Below are positions 16,270-26,491 of a DNA stretch of 64,000 nt, piece after piece (within the stretch, counting starts at the first letter, position 1; every line of letters starts with the position of its first letter). The stretch spans positions 416,001 through 480,000 of the forward strand of contig CAXXJJ010000004.1 in NCBI GenBank assembly GCA_963667015.2, read 5' to 3'. Source of the stretch: Desulfatiglandales bacterium (GTDB lineage Bacteria; Desulfobacterota; DSM-4660; Desulfatiglandales; HGW-15). A model generated the notes under the pieces. The model was not told the DNA's origin, made no database searches, and was given only the letters and a program-made list of their open reading frames with translations. Position numbers and translations under genes: made by a program.

Positions 16270-17743
16270 ATGTAACAAGAGGTAACAGGATTCTGAATGT
16301 TGTACCTTCTCCCTTGACGCTTTCGACCTCAATGGTTCCGTTGTGCGCCTCAATTATTCCCTTTACAATAGATAGGCCAAGTCCTGTCCCCATCACTTTC
16401 CTGGTTTTTGGATCCTTTACCCTGTAAAATTTGTCAAATATCTTTGGCATCTCCGACTCGGGTATACCTACACCCGTATCGGAAACCCTGATTTCCATAT
16501 AATCACTCAGGCAGCGGCCCGAAACCGTAACAACCCCGCCTTCAGGAGAATAATTTATGGCATTTGTAATAAGATTGCTGAATACTTCTTCAATTCTTTT
16601 AGGATCTGCCTGAACGGGCTGCATGTTCTCCATTTCATGCTGCAGCTTGATACCCTGAGCCTCTGCCCGCTGTTCGAGGAAGGTCATGGTATCTATAATT
16701 ATCCTGCCTATGTCTGTGGGTGTTTGATGCTGTATATGTTTACCCGCTTCTATCTTTGCAATATCAAGCAGGTCATTGATTAACTCGAGGAGCTGATCGA
16801 TCTTGAGTATTCCTCTTTCAAGAAATTCCTTCTGTTTTTCCTGTAACGGGCCTGCAAGTCCTTCAAGCAGGACGCTGTTCTGCTGCCTGATCGCCACGAT
16901 AGGGCTTCTAAGCTCGTGGGCAACCATATTTACAAAATCTGTTTTCATTTCATCCAGTTCTTTAAAGGCTGTAACATCCTCAAGCACAGTTACAGTCCCT
17001 ACAACATAGTTTTCGGGTCCGTATGCAGGGGCTGATATAGCTCTCAATACATTCCTGTTCAGCTCTATTTCCTGGGAAATGGTCTTGGCTTCCGAAGAAT
17101 TTGCAGATTGAACATCATTAAGGGCTTTGAGCAGATCTTTGTCATTTATTATTCTGTTTACAGGTATGGGATAGTCAATCTGATCCGTTGTAATCTCGAG
17201 AAGTCTCATCAATGCAGGATTATAGAGAACGATCTCCATATTCCTGTTTGTCACCATTACGCCGTTGGCCATACAGTTAATGATTGTTTTCAGCCTGCTT
17301 TTCTCCAGGTTAAGGTCATAGAGATTTTTAATGTTTTCTTCTTCAAACTGCTTTGCCTTCTGTTCAAGGGCTCTTTTTTCCGAAGCCCTTTTTATGGTCA
17401 GTAAAAACTGGTCTATCTGAAATGGTTTGGTAATAAAATCATAGGCTCCTTTTTTCATGCATTCTACAGCCGTATCTATTGTACCATGGCCTGTAATTAT
17501 TATTATCGGGATATCGGGGTATAGTTTATAGGCTTCTACAAGAACCTCCTCACCGCTCATAACCGGCATTTTCAAATCGAGGAGCATAATATCCACCTTC
17601 TCCTTTTGTAGCATCGACATGGCTTCCTGTCCGTTTTCCGCACAGATAACATTATATTTGTTGTCCGCCAGAACGCGCCGGCATCCATCCCTTATTACCT
17701 TTTCATCATCAACTACCAGTATTTTTGTTTGCTCTTCCATCAT
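16262..17743 (-). CDS. REC-PAS-histidine kinase
   Basis: N-terminal REC; VAHELRSP H-box; N and G boxes. Confidence 0.92.
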   Translation of the reverse strand: MMEEQTKILVVDDEKVIRDGCRRVLADNKYNVICAENGQEAMSMLQKEKVDIMLLDLKMPVMSGEEVLVEAYKLYPDIPIIIITGHGTIDTAVECMKKGAYDFITKPFQIDQFLLTIKRASEKRALEQKAKQFEEENIKNLYDLNLEKSRLKTIINCMANGVMVTNRNMEIVLYNPALMRLLEITTDQIDYPIPVNRIINDKDLLKALNDVQSANSSEAKTISQEIELNRNVLRAISAPAYGPENYVVGTVTVLEDVTAFKELDEMKTDFVNMVAHELRSPIVAIRQQNSVLLEGLAGPLQEKQKEFLERGILKIDQLLELINDLLDIAKIEAGKHIQHQTPTDIGRIIIDTMTFLEQRAEAQGIKLQHEMENMQPVQADPKRIEEVFSNLITNAINYSPEGGVVTVSGRCLSDYMEIRVSDTGVGIPESEMPKIFDKFYRVKDPKTRKVMGTGLGLSIVKGIIEAHNGTIEVESVKGEGTTFRILLPLVTYA

Positions 17744-19746
17744 TCATCCAGTCCAATAAAAACGGGTTCATCAACCTGCTGTTCCACAAAGCCCATGGGG
17801 AGTTCTATGGAAAATACAGTTCCTTTTCCAGGTTTCGAATCAACCATGATATTGCCACCATGCAGTTGCAAAATGTTTTTTGTGATGCTTAAGCCCAGTC
17901 CTGTTCCCTTGCCAACCGGTTTTGTTGTGAAAAAGATGTCAAATATTTTATCTTTCAGGTCATTCGGAATACCGGGGCCTGTATCCGCTACCTTTACTAT
18001 AAAGAATTCCCTTTTTTCATCATAGCCGGCTGTTATTTTAAGCTGGCCCTTGCCTCCCATTGCATCGGCAGCATTGATAAACAGGTTTGTAAATACCTGC
18101 TGCAGTTGTCCCAGATCACCTGCAACAGGAGGCATGTTGGCTTTTATATCCTTAATTACCTCAACGTTTTGAAACAGGGCCTGGTTTATAAGCAGGTTCA
18201 GGGATTTATTGATCAGCTCTTCCATATTGAACGATGTGACCTTGCCTACGGTTTGCCTGCTGAATTCAAGTAATTCCGAAACAATTTTTTTACACCTCAG
18301 GGTCTGATCAATTATTTCCTGTATATCGTCGATATTCTGTTTATTTTCATTATCTACCGTGTTCATCAGGTTTTTCTTTATAAGTTCAGCATATATCATT
18401 ATTCCTGAAAGGGGATTGTTTATCTCATGGGCAACACCTGCAGCCATTCTGCCTACAGAGGCTATCTTCTCTGACTGAACCAGCTGGAAATGGGCCTCTT
18501 CAAGGTTTTTTCTCATCTCCAGTATTTCTCTCATGTCCGTAAATATCCCGACACTTCCGACTTCTTTGTTGTCTATATTTATAATTGATGCACTCAGTGT
18601 TACAGGGATTTCTTCTCCGCTTTTTGTTTTTATGGACATACTCGTTGGATTCAGTTTTCCGGGCGGACCGAAGTTTTTGCTCCGCATCTTGCTCATATTT
18701 TCTTTTGCAACATCTATATCGTAAAAGAAACTCAGATGACCTTCGTTGATAATTTCATCAGTAGAAAACCCGGTAAGCCGTTCCATGCCTTCATTAAAGA
18801 TCAGCACATTCCCCTTTGTGTCAACAACGACAATTCCGTCAACGGTGCTTTGTATTACATTCTGTAAAAAGGTGTTTGACTTCTGTGCGTCGTTTTCAAG
18901 CTGTATCCTGTCTGTAACATCTCTTGATGCTTCCAGTATCTGAACAATTTCTCCTTTATCGTTGCATATCGGGGCAATGGTTATAACATCAAATCTGGTC
19001 TGGTTCTGGTCATCAACATATTCCTCAATTGTGCTGAAAATACCTTTTTCTTTAACTTCATCAAAGTGTTCATCGATATAGCATCTGCCATTTTTTTTAG
19101 CACAACCTCGTGATGGATATGGACCGAAATCGAGTTGATAGCAATTCTTGCCATAAACCTTGTCTTCAGTAATATTATAGGAATTAAGGAATGTCCGGTT
19201 GACGGTCTCAATGCTTTTATCCATGTTAACAACCATGATTCTATAGGGCAGGGAGTCAGGGATTACCTTGCTTTGTTTTCTTATCCATTCGATATATTTT
19301 CCCCAACTTTTTTCAAGTTCATCCGTTTCGTTTTCATAATGCAGAAGGTCAAAGATGATCTGGCTTGAAAAGTTATCCATTAGCGAAATACCTTCAGGTT
19401 TTTCACGTGCTATTATATCTGCAACCCGGGATGAGCCTGTAAGTTCAATGATAAGGTTTAAACCGTTGATGTCGAAAAGTTCATGAAAATCTTTTGTGGT
19501 GAATATGCCATTTTCTCTGGCAAGTGAAATGCCTCGTGCGTCAGCATTTATGTCTGCGACGCCTGCAATTTCGAGTTTTAATCTTGAGGATTGATTATCG
19601 CCAAGAAGTTGCAGAAGGCTGTAACATACCTCTCCCCCTCCAACTATTCCTGCCTTATAATGGTTTTTAAACAGGCCCTTTCCAAATGTGTTACCTGTTC
19701 TGTTTATCATTCTGGTGAATGAGTTTTTAATCTGATTGCTTTCCAT
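17740..19746 (-). CDS. PAS-PAS histidine kinase with N-terminal Rossmann-like domain
   Basis: AGIVGGG...GVADIN...IIELTG N-terminus; AHEINNPL; FFTTKPVGKGTGLGL. Confidence 0.9.
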   Translation of the reverse strand: MESNQIKNSFTRMINRTGNTFGKGLFKNHYKAGIVGGGEVCYSLLQLLGDNQSSRLKLEIAGVADINADARGISLARENGIFTTKDFHELFDINGLNLIIELTGSSRVADIIAREKPEGISLMDNFSSQIIFDLLHYENETDELEKSWGKYIEWIRKQSKVIPDSLPYRIMVVNMDKSIETVNRTFLNSYNITEDKVYGKNCYQLDFGPYPSRGCAKKNGRCYIDEHFDEVKEKGIFSTIEEYVDDQNQTRFDVITIAPICNDKGEIVQILEASRDVTDRIQLENDAQKSNTFLQNVIQSTVDGIVVVDTKGNVLIFNEGMERLTGFSTDEIINEGHLSFFYDIDVAKENMSKMRSKNFGPPGKLNPTSMSIKTKSGEEIPVTLSASIINIDNKEVGSVGIFTDMREILEMRKNLEEAHFQLVQSEKIASVGRMAAGVAHEINNPLSGIMIYAELIKKNLMNTVDNENKQNIDDIQEIIDQTLRCKKIVSELLEFSRQTVGKVTSFNMEELINKSLNLLINQALFQNVEVIKDIKANMPPVAGDLGQLQQVFTNLFINAADAMGGKGQLKITAGYDEKREFFIVKVADTGPGIPNDLKDKIFDIFFTTKPVGKGTGLGLSITKNILQLHGGNIMVDSKPGKGTVFSIELPMGFVEQQVDEPVFIGLDE

Positions 19747-20005
19747 TACCCCCCTGGTCAGGGAAAAGGCGCGAAATCAGCTTTGCCTCAAGGTGATTAA
19801 TAATACTCTTCAGTGACTGACTTTCACTGATTTGACCCGAAAAATTCCAGCCCTTTAAGAGGGCCTTTCTTTTTTCCTCCCTGAATTGTTCAATACTTTC
19901 GGCCAGTGACTCCCATAAAAAAAGTTTTTGAAGGACATGGCGCTCTTCTGACGTGAGGTCCGTTTCAGTATCGATAGTCTTGCCGTCAACAGTATTAATA
20001 ATCAT
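19727..20005 (-). CDS. small hypothetical protein, first gene of the signalling operon
   Basis: 92-aa ORF overlapping the kinase start, same strand. Confidence 0.7.
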   Translation of the reverse strand: MIINTVDGKTIDTETDLTSEERHVLQKLFLWESLAESIEQFREEKRKALLKGWNFSGQISESQSLKSIINHLEAKLISRLFPDQGGNGKQSD

Positions 20006-20193
20006 ATCATTAAAATGTATTTTATTGTAAGCGTTTTATCCATATCAATAATATTATACAATGCTGGATGCTCTATTTGGATTTTAATTAATTCCAATAT
20101 GTTAAACTATCAATACCTGTCCGGTATTGAAGAATAAAAAACGCTTTAAAGACAGGAAGGAAGACAAAAGCTTCCTATTTTTCTGGTCAGGCT

Positions 20194-20227
20194 ACTGACA
20201 GGCAGGTTATACGGTCTGCCTGTCAGT
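20194..20227 (-). terminator. hairpin downstream of metF
   Basis: 12-bp perfect stem ACTGACAGGCAG/CTGCCTGTCAGT; weak U tail. Confidence 0.55.
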
Positions 20228-20251
20228 TTAAACTAGATGAAATATAACTAC

Positions 20252-21187
20252 TTACACTTGAGGTCTTGGAAGAACTTTTGCTCTTTCGGCAATTTCAGGA
20301 ACCTTGTGTTCCCACTCGATGGCCATGAGATGGACACCCGCGACGCCTTCCATTTCTTTGAATTCCTCAATCTGTTCAACCGCAAATTTAATACCTTCTT
20401 CGGCGACTTTACCCTTTCCGGCGCCCTGGAGTCTTTCAATAAGGGATTCAGGAACATCCATACCCGGTACTGATTTGGACATATACCTCGCCATACCAAC
20501 GCTTTTCATAGGAGTGACACCGGCGAGTATATAACATTTTTCATGAAGCCCCATATCAACGACTCTTTTCATAAATTCACGGAACCTGTCCATGTTGTAT
20601 ATACACTGGGTCTGAATAAAATCAGCGCCAGCGTTTATCTTATTGGCAAGTCTGTAAACTCTATATTCAAAGGGATCGGCAAAAGGATTGGCTGCAGCGC
20701 CGATAAACATTTTTGGGGGGCCGTCTATTTCTTCTTCATTCAGGAATTTCCCCTCATCCCTCATTTTTTTAACCAGAGAGATGAGCTGCATAGAATCAAT
20801 GTCATAGACGTTTTTAGATTCAGGATGATTTCCAAAACTTTGGTGGTCACCTGAGAGACACAGCATATTTCTTATGCCCATGCTGTATGCACCGAGTATG
20901 TCGCTCATCATGGCAAGACGGTTCCTGTCCCGGCAGACCATCTGAAAATTCGGTTCCACACCTTCCTGGATCATGATTGAACATGCTGCCCAGCTCGACA
21001 TCCTTACCACAGCGGTCTGGTTATCCGTAACGTTTACTGAATCAACCATGCCTTTAAGAGGCGCGATCTTTTCTTTCAGATGTTCTATATTTGCACCTTT
21101 GGGAGGTCCGCATTCACCGGTAAAGGCAAAATGCCCGGCCTTAAGTACCTTTTCGAGATTACTCCCTGATTTCAATTCTTCACTCAT
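20252..21187 (-). CDS. metF: 5,10-methylenetetrahydrofolate reductase
   Basis: NVTDNQTA, CRDRNRLA, LCLSGDH and GADFIQTQ motifs. Confidence 0.93.
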   Translation of the reverse strand: MSEELKSGSNLEKVLKAGHFAFTGECGPPKGANIEHLKEKIAPLKGMVDSVNVTDNQTAVVRMSSWAACSIMIQEGVEPNFQMVCRDRNRLAMMSDILGAYSMGIRNMLCLSGDHQSFGNHPESKNVYDIDSMQLISLVKKMRDEGKFLNEEEIDGPPKMFIGAAANPFADPFEYRVYRLANKINAGADFIQTQCIYNMDRFREFMKRVVDMGLHEKCYILAGVTPMKSVGMARYMSKSVPGMDVPESLIERLQGAGKGKVAEEGIKFAVEQIEEFKEMEGVAGVHLMAIEWEHKVPEIAERAKVLPRPQV

Positions 21188-21852
21188 ATGGCGATATCCT
21201 CCCTGATACTTCTGCGTGGACCACCATCTCTGGCTGTACTCCAGTTTTTAGCAGGTTTAATCACAAGCAGGTCTTCAAGGCGGCCCTGCTCCATTTTTTT
21301 TCTGACAATAGTGTCCCAGATGCACTCAATATCACTGGATACTTCACATTTGCCGTTAGCTGAGCCACCGCAGGGTCCATTTAAGAGACTCTTGGAACAA
21401 CGTGCAACAGGACACAGGCCATCATATAAATGTACAACACAGGTACCGCAACCAGCGCATCTTTCTTCCCATACCCCCTGTCTTATGGAACCGCCGTAAA
21501 ATGTAGTATTTACAGCAGGATAAATTTTGCTTTTGGGATAAGCTTCAGAAAGGAACTGAGGCCCAACGCCACAGGCCATGGTCAATATTGCCTCATAATC
21601 ACCGACAATATCCTTAATAACATCGATATATTCAGGATCACATTGTCTTTCCAGTGTTTTTTCATCGATTTCAATCGGATTTTCTTCCTTTTTCCGTGCT
21701 ATTTTGATTGCACTGGCAAGTATCTCTACTTCCTTGGTTCCCCCGACATTACACACGGTAACACACCCTCTGCAACCGACTAACAATATTTTTTTGTAGT
21801 CCTTGATCATCTCAAGTATTTCGGTCATGGGTTTTCTATCAGCAACTATCAT
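21184..21852 (-). CDS. metV: MTHFR small Cys-rich subunit (MetV)
   Basis: GCRGCVTVC, CAGCGTC and CPVARCSKSLLNGPCGG; coupled to metF. Confidence 0.9.
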   Translation of the reverse strand: MIVADRKPMTEILEMIKDYKKILLVGCRGCVTVCNVGGTKEVEILASAIKIARKKEENPIEIDEKTLERQCDPEYIDVIKDIVGDYEAILTMACGVGPQFLSEAYPKSKIYPAVNTTFYGGSIRQGVWEERCAGCGTCVVHLYDGLCPVARCSKSLLNGPCGGSANGKCEVSSDIECIWDTIVRKKMEQGRLEDLLVIKPAKNWSTARDGGPRRSIREDIAI

Positions 21853-22383
21853 TTAACAACCTCTCTACCTCTATTTTTCAGGCCGCGTTTCAACTTTCGC
21901 TGGATGTATCGAACCTGGGTTATTTTTATGAGAAGGAAAAACCTCTAACTTAAAATAACAATTGATTTTAGTTTATTCATCAATTGTATTAATTAGTTAG
22001 GTCGACATATTACATCTTTAACAGCTAATATAAAGCCGATTTATTATTAAAATACAAGGGTATCAATTATTATATTAAGCAATGGGAAGTCAAGTAAAGA
22101 ATGTAAAAATATGGATGGGTTAGATGTTTGTGAATTATTTTATATTTACCTAAAAATTGCATAGTTAATACCGAAATATTTTTTTTGCAATCAATAGGAC
22201 AATCCGGCATGGCCCTGTTCATTCCTGATCGGGATTTATAGCTTGACATACAACAGGGTATAATAATAAGTAAAATTTACTTCATAATTTAATATTTAAC
22301 TGTCAATAAATGCTTAATATAATATAAATTAACTGATAAATAGTAATTTATATATAAACTGATTCCAATTGAGGAGAGATTTA

Positions 22384-23580
22384 ATGCTTACAAAGGCATA
22401 TATTCCTTACAAAGGTTATTACTCCAGTCCTTTCTGTAGGTGGCAGGGACAACTTGCCAATGAAAATCCGGTAACCCTTGGTGCGGAAACAGCCAGGCGC
22501 TGGTTTGTACATTCAGACATCGACCCTGTGGTTATCGAGTATCTATATTATGGTGCTACCGTTGCTGCCCACAGGGCATTCTATGCCCATACAACGTCAA
22601 GCGCAATTATTATGGAAGGGCGAAAGAATATCTCCGGCCTTTATGTGCATCAGGCATGCTCTACCTCAACTTCATGCATTCATATGGCAGCTGTAAATAT
22701 AGAAGCGGGAACCTTTGATACCGCTTTTACTCTCATGTCCGATCGATTATCAAACGGGCCGCATGTTGTATGGCCTAATCCTGATGGGCCGGGCGGTGAA
22801 ATGATTTCTGAAAACCTGATTATGGATAATTTCAATAATGATCCATGGGGCGGGATGAAGATGATACAGACGGCAGAAAAGGTAGCTGCCGAGGCCGGTA
22901 TTACCAGGGAAGAATGTGATACAGTTACCCTGAGAAGGTATGAACAGTATCTGGATTCACTGGCTGATGACAGGGCATTCCAGAAACGCTACATGTTTCC
23001 TCTGGAGGTAAAAATATCAAAGAAGAAGACCGAACATATAGAAGAAGATGAAGGTATTACACCGGCAACCTCAGAAGGCCTTGCAGGGCTTAAGCCTGTT
23101 GAGCCGGGAGGGGTTCTTACATACGGTTCGCAGACCCATCCGGCAGATGGGAACTGCGGTTTTATAGTAACAATCAGGGAAAAGGCAAAGGAATTGAGTA
23201 AAAATCCTGACCTTGAAATAAAAATTATTTCCTATGGATACTCAAGAGAAGACAAGGCTAAAATGGCTGCAGCGCCTGTTCCTGCAGCTGAAATGGCCCT
23301 TTCAGATGCTGGACTGAATGTAAAGGATATTAAAGTGATTAAAACCCATAACCCGTTTATAGTAAATGACCTGAATATGGCCAAAAAGATGAATATAGAT
23401 GTTATGGCAATGAACAACTATGGAAGCTCATTGATATTCGGCCATCCACAGGGCCCGACAGCCGGAAGGCTTATATGCGAATTAATAGAAGAACTTGCTC
23501 TCAAAGGTGGGGGGTACGGCTTATTTACCGGTTGTGCAGCGGGTGATACAGGTGCGGCACTTATTGTCAGGGTGGGATAG
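22384..23580 (+). CDS. thiolase-family protein
   Basis: QACSTS, THNPF, GHPQGPT and CAAGDTG motifs; SD GAGGAG before ATG 22384. Confidence 0.9.
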   Translation: MLTKAYIPYKGYYSSPFCRWQGQLANENPVTLGAETARRWFVHSDIDPVVIEYLYYGATVAAHRAFYAHTTSSAIIMEGRKNISGLYVHQACSTSTSCIHMAAVNIEAGTFDTAFTLMSDRLSNGPHVVWPNPDGPGGEMISENLIMDNFNNDPWGGMKMIQTAEKVAAEAGITREECDTVTLRRYEQYLDSLADDRAFQKRYMFPLEVKISKKKTEHIEEDEGITPATSEGLAGLKPVEPGGVLTYGSQTHPADGNCGFIVTIREKAKELSKNPDLEIKIISYGYSREDKAKMAAAPVPAAEMALSDAGLNVKDIKVIKTHNPFIVNDLNMAKKMNIDVMAMNNYGSSLIFGHPQGPTAGRLICELIEELALKGGGYGLFTGCAAGDTGAALIVRVG

Positions 23581-23644
23581 GATTTGAATTTTATAAATTA
23601 ATTGTCATTTCTGACAGATATATAAATAGCAAAACCACACAAAT

Positions 23645-23670
23645 TCCGGGATTTTCTACCCGGATTTTTT
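23645..23670 (+). terminator. possible intrinsic terminator after thiolase
   Basis: TCCGGG-N8-CCCGGA followed by T6. Confidence 0.5.
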
Positions 23671-23758
23671 ATTCAGGTGGATTACATTGAAATATTTATA
23701 ATTATTTCATATAGTCATCCACCGGGTTTTACCCGGATATGAACAAGGGAAAAATTAA

Positions 23759-24916
23759 ATGGCTGAAACATTAGACTTTGAACAGGGACCGATCAGGCCC
23801 CCTAATGAATCAAAAAGTTTTTTGCTGAGAATCACAAGAAACTGCCCGTGGAATCAGTGTCTTTTCTGCCCGGTATATAAGGGCCGAAAGTTCTCTTTGC
23901 GCTCAGTTGATGAAATAAAGAATGATATTAAAACCGCAAGGGAGATTTATGACATCATAAAGGAGATTTCCTTTAAGCTCGGTTATGAAGGAGATATTAC
24001 TTCCGAAGTAATAAGTAATATTTTTAATGATCCTTCAATATCAAACAGTTTTCGAAGCCTTGCCATGTGGATGTATTACAGGACCAATGCATGTTTTCTG
24101 CAGGATGCGGACAACATGATAATGAAAACAGATGATCTTGTGGAGGTGCTTGAATTTTTGAGGGAAAACTTCCCTGAAATATCCCGTATTACAACATATT
24201 CAAGATCCCGTACTATAGCCAGAAAATCCGAGGGTGAGCTTATAAGAATTAGGAAAGCCGGCCTTAACAGAATCCATGTCGGGCTTGAAACAGGCTATGA
24301 TCCGCTTTTAAAGCTTATTAAAAAAGGTGTGACTTCGGAACAGCAGATTGAGGCGGGAAAGAAGGTTCTTGCAGCAGGCATGGAACTGTCAGAATATGTA
24401 ATGCCAGGACTTGGAGGGCAGGAAATGTGGAAAGAACATGCTGTTGCCACTGCCAGTGTCCTGAATCAGATAAACCCGCATTTTATCAGACTCAGGAGCC
24501 TCAGGATTCCTCCAAGGGTTCCACTGATTGAAAAGGTGAAATCCGGAGAATTTACCAAGCTGACTGATGACATGTATGCAGAAGAGATTCGCGTTTTTAT
24601 AGAGACACTTGACGGCATAACCAGCACCTTGACAAGTGACCATATGATGAATCTCCTTGAAGAGGTTACAGGTACATTCCCCCAGGATAAGCGGAAAATG
24701 CTGGATATTATACACAGGTATCAGTCCCTTTCTGAAGAGGAAAGAATCATATACAGGGTAGGAAGAAGGGGAGGGGCATATCGCTCTGTCGAGGACATAT
24801 ATAATGATCCTGCTACCAGGAACAAGATTGAAAATCTTATTAAAGATATCCGAACAAAGGAAGGTGATACCGGTCTTGAACAAACTATTAATGATATGGT
24901 AGACCGGTATATATAA
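23759..24916 (+). CDS. radical SAM protein of unknown function
   Basis: CPWNQCLFC; FLQDAD; HVGLETG. Confidence 0.85.
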   Translation: MAETLDFEQGPIRPPNESKSFLLRITRNCPWNQCLFCPVYKGRKFSLRSVDEIKNDIKTAREIYDIIKEISFKLGYEGDITSEVISNIFNDPSISNSFRSLAMWMYYRTNACFLQDADNMIMKTDDLVEVLEFLRENFPEISRITTYSRSRTIARKSEGELIRIRKAGLNRIHVGLETGYDPLLKLIKKGVTSEQQIEAGKKVLAAGMELSEYVMPGLGGQEMWKEHAVATASVLNQINPHFIRLRSLRIPPRVPLIEKVKSGEFTKLTDDMYAEEIRVFIETLDGITSTLTSDHMMNLLEEVTGTFPQDKRKMLDIIHRYQSLSEEERIIYRVGRRGGAYRSVEDIYNDPATRNKIENLIKDIRTKEGDTGLEQTINDMVDRYI

Positions 24917-24922
24917 TAAAAA

Positions 24923-24957
24923 GGGCGCATGCCCAAGGGCTCAAGGCGAAAGGTAAA
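24923..24957 (+). repeat. solo 7-mer array of the lexA-downstream type
   Basis: GGGCGCA TGCCCAA GGGCTCA AGGCGAA AGGTAAA. Confidence 0.7.
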
Positions 24958-24972
24958 GGACTGGGATTTAAT

Positions 24973-25641
24973 ATGACATATTATCCTATAATGGTTGATT
25001 TGACAGGCAGGGAGGTTCTTGTTGTAGGTGGCGGTTCTGTTGCCTCCAGGAAGATAGATACCCTTCTTGAGTATGGAGCTGTTGTCAATCTGGTTTCAAG
25101 GGAGTTATCCTCTGAAATACAAGCCCATATTGACAATGGAAAAGTCAGATATCTTGGTGAAGAATTCAGTATGGTATTCTTAAAAGAAAAATTTCTTGTG
25201 ATTGCCGCGACTGATGATGCTGAGTTGAATCACCGGATCAGCCAGGTTGCCGAAGAAAAGGGAATGCTTATAAATGCTGTTGATCAGCCGGCAGACTGTA
25301 ATTTTATCGTCCCGTCGATCGTTAAAAGGGGAGATCTCATTGTTGCTGTTTCTACCTCAGGAAAAAGTCCGGCACTGGCAAAAAAAATCAGGAAAGATTT
25401 AACAGATTATTTCGGCGATGAGTATGACCTTTTTCTCAGGTTAATGGGAAAAATAAGAAATGAAGTCCTTGCATCCAGCTCGGATCAAAAGGAAAACAGC
25501 CGAATATTTCACATGATTGTAGATTCGGAACTGTTCGAGGCAATCAAGAAAGATGATTTAAAGAATGCCTCCCTGATACTTACTGAAATTCTCGGACGGG
25601 AAATTTCAGATAACGATATCAAATATTATATCAAGGAATGA
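24973..25641 (+). CDS. sirC: precorrin-2 dehydrogenase / sirohydrochlorin ferrochelatase
   Basis: VVGGGSVASRK, NAVDQPADCNF and STSGKSPALA motifs. Confidence 0.9.
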   Translation: MTYYPIMVDLTGREVLVVGGGSVASRKIDTLLEYGAVVNLVSRELSSEIQAHIDNGKVRYLGEEFSMVFLKEKFLVIAATDDAELNHRISQVAEEKGMLINAVDQPADCNFIVPSIVKRGDLIVAVSTSGKSPALAKKIRKDLTDYFGDEYDLFLRLMGKIRNEVLASSSDQKENSRIFHMIVDSELFEAIKKDDLKNASLILTEILGREISDNDIKYYIKE

Positions 25642-25648
25642 GGTGTAC

Positions 25649-26491
25649 ATGGATCTGATAATATCCAGGATAGCCCTTTTTCTTATACTCCTGTCAACAG
25701 GCGGATTTATTGTGTATATAGTCAAACAGAATAAATCCGTGTTCAGGTGTTCCTACTGGGTGATGTTTTCAGGTTTTATATTTCAGACAGTCTTTCTTGC
25801 TCATCAGTATCTTACTCTTGGTACAGTGCCTGTAGTATCCCTCAAACTGTCTCTGGCATTTTTTGCCTGGAGTGTCATTGGTATCTATCTTCTTTCGCAT
25901 CTTAAGTTCGGACTCATGGTACTGGGTTCCTTTGTTGCGCCTTTTGCGGCTTTTCTGATGATTCTTTCCTCAGCAATACCTGCTGCTCCGGATACAGTGC
26001 CGCCTGTGTTAAAGAGTATCTGGCTTATCCTTCATGCCTTTTCCATGTTCCTTGGGGACGGAATTTTTGCAATATCATTTATAGCTGCGGTTATGTATCT
26101 GATACAGGAACGGCAGATAAAAAGGAAAACAAGGGGAACTTTCTTTAAAAGACTTCCTTCGCTTGAGACACTTGATTCCATTAATCACTATTCCCTAATA
26201 TATGGTTTTCCTCTTTTGACAATAGGTATGATCACAGGAGCAATCTATGCACAGTATGCCCTGGGTAAATACTGGAGGTGGGATACGAAAGAGGTCTGGT
26301 CTCTGGTTACATGGATTGCCTATGCGATTCTTTTGCACGAACGGCTTACTGTAGGATGGCGGGGAAGGCGGGCTGCCTATATGTCTATCCTCTGTTTTAT
26401 GATACTCATCTTTACATTCCTGGGAAGCAGTATCTGGATGAACAGTTATCACAGTTTTACCGATTTTGGCGAGGTAAGTAAATTGCCATGA
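25649..26491 (+). CDS. ccsA: cytochrome c assembly protein (CcsA/HemX family)
   Basis: Multiple TM segments; WRWDTKE (WWD) motif; located between sirC and hemA. Confidence 0.85.
   Translation: MDLIISRIALFLILLSTGGFIVYIVKQNKSVFRCSYWVMFSGFIFQTVFLAHQYLTLGTVPVVSLKLSLAFFAWSVIGIYLLSHLKFGLMVLGSFVAPFAAFLMILSSAIPAAPDTVPPVLKSIWLILHAFSMFLGDGIFAISFIAAVMYLIQERQIKRKTRGTFFKRLPSLETLDSINHYSLIYGFPLLTIGMITGAIYAQYALGKYWRWDTKEVWSLVTWIAYAILLHERLTVGWRGRRAAYMSILCFMILIFTFLGSSIWMNSYHSFTDFGEVSKLP

Noticed and set aside
23645..23736. Two CCGGG...CCCGG palindromes as an operator
   Set aside because: Spacer lengths differ (8 versus 5) and the first is explained as a terminator
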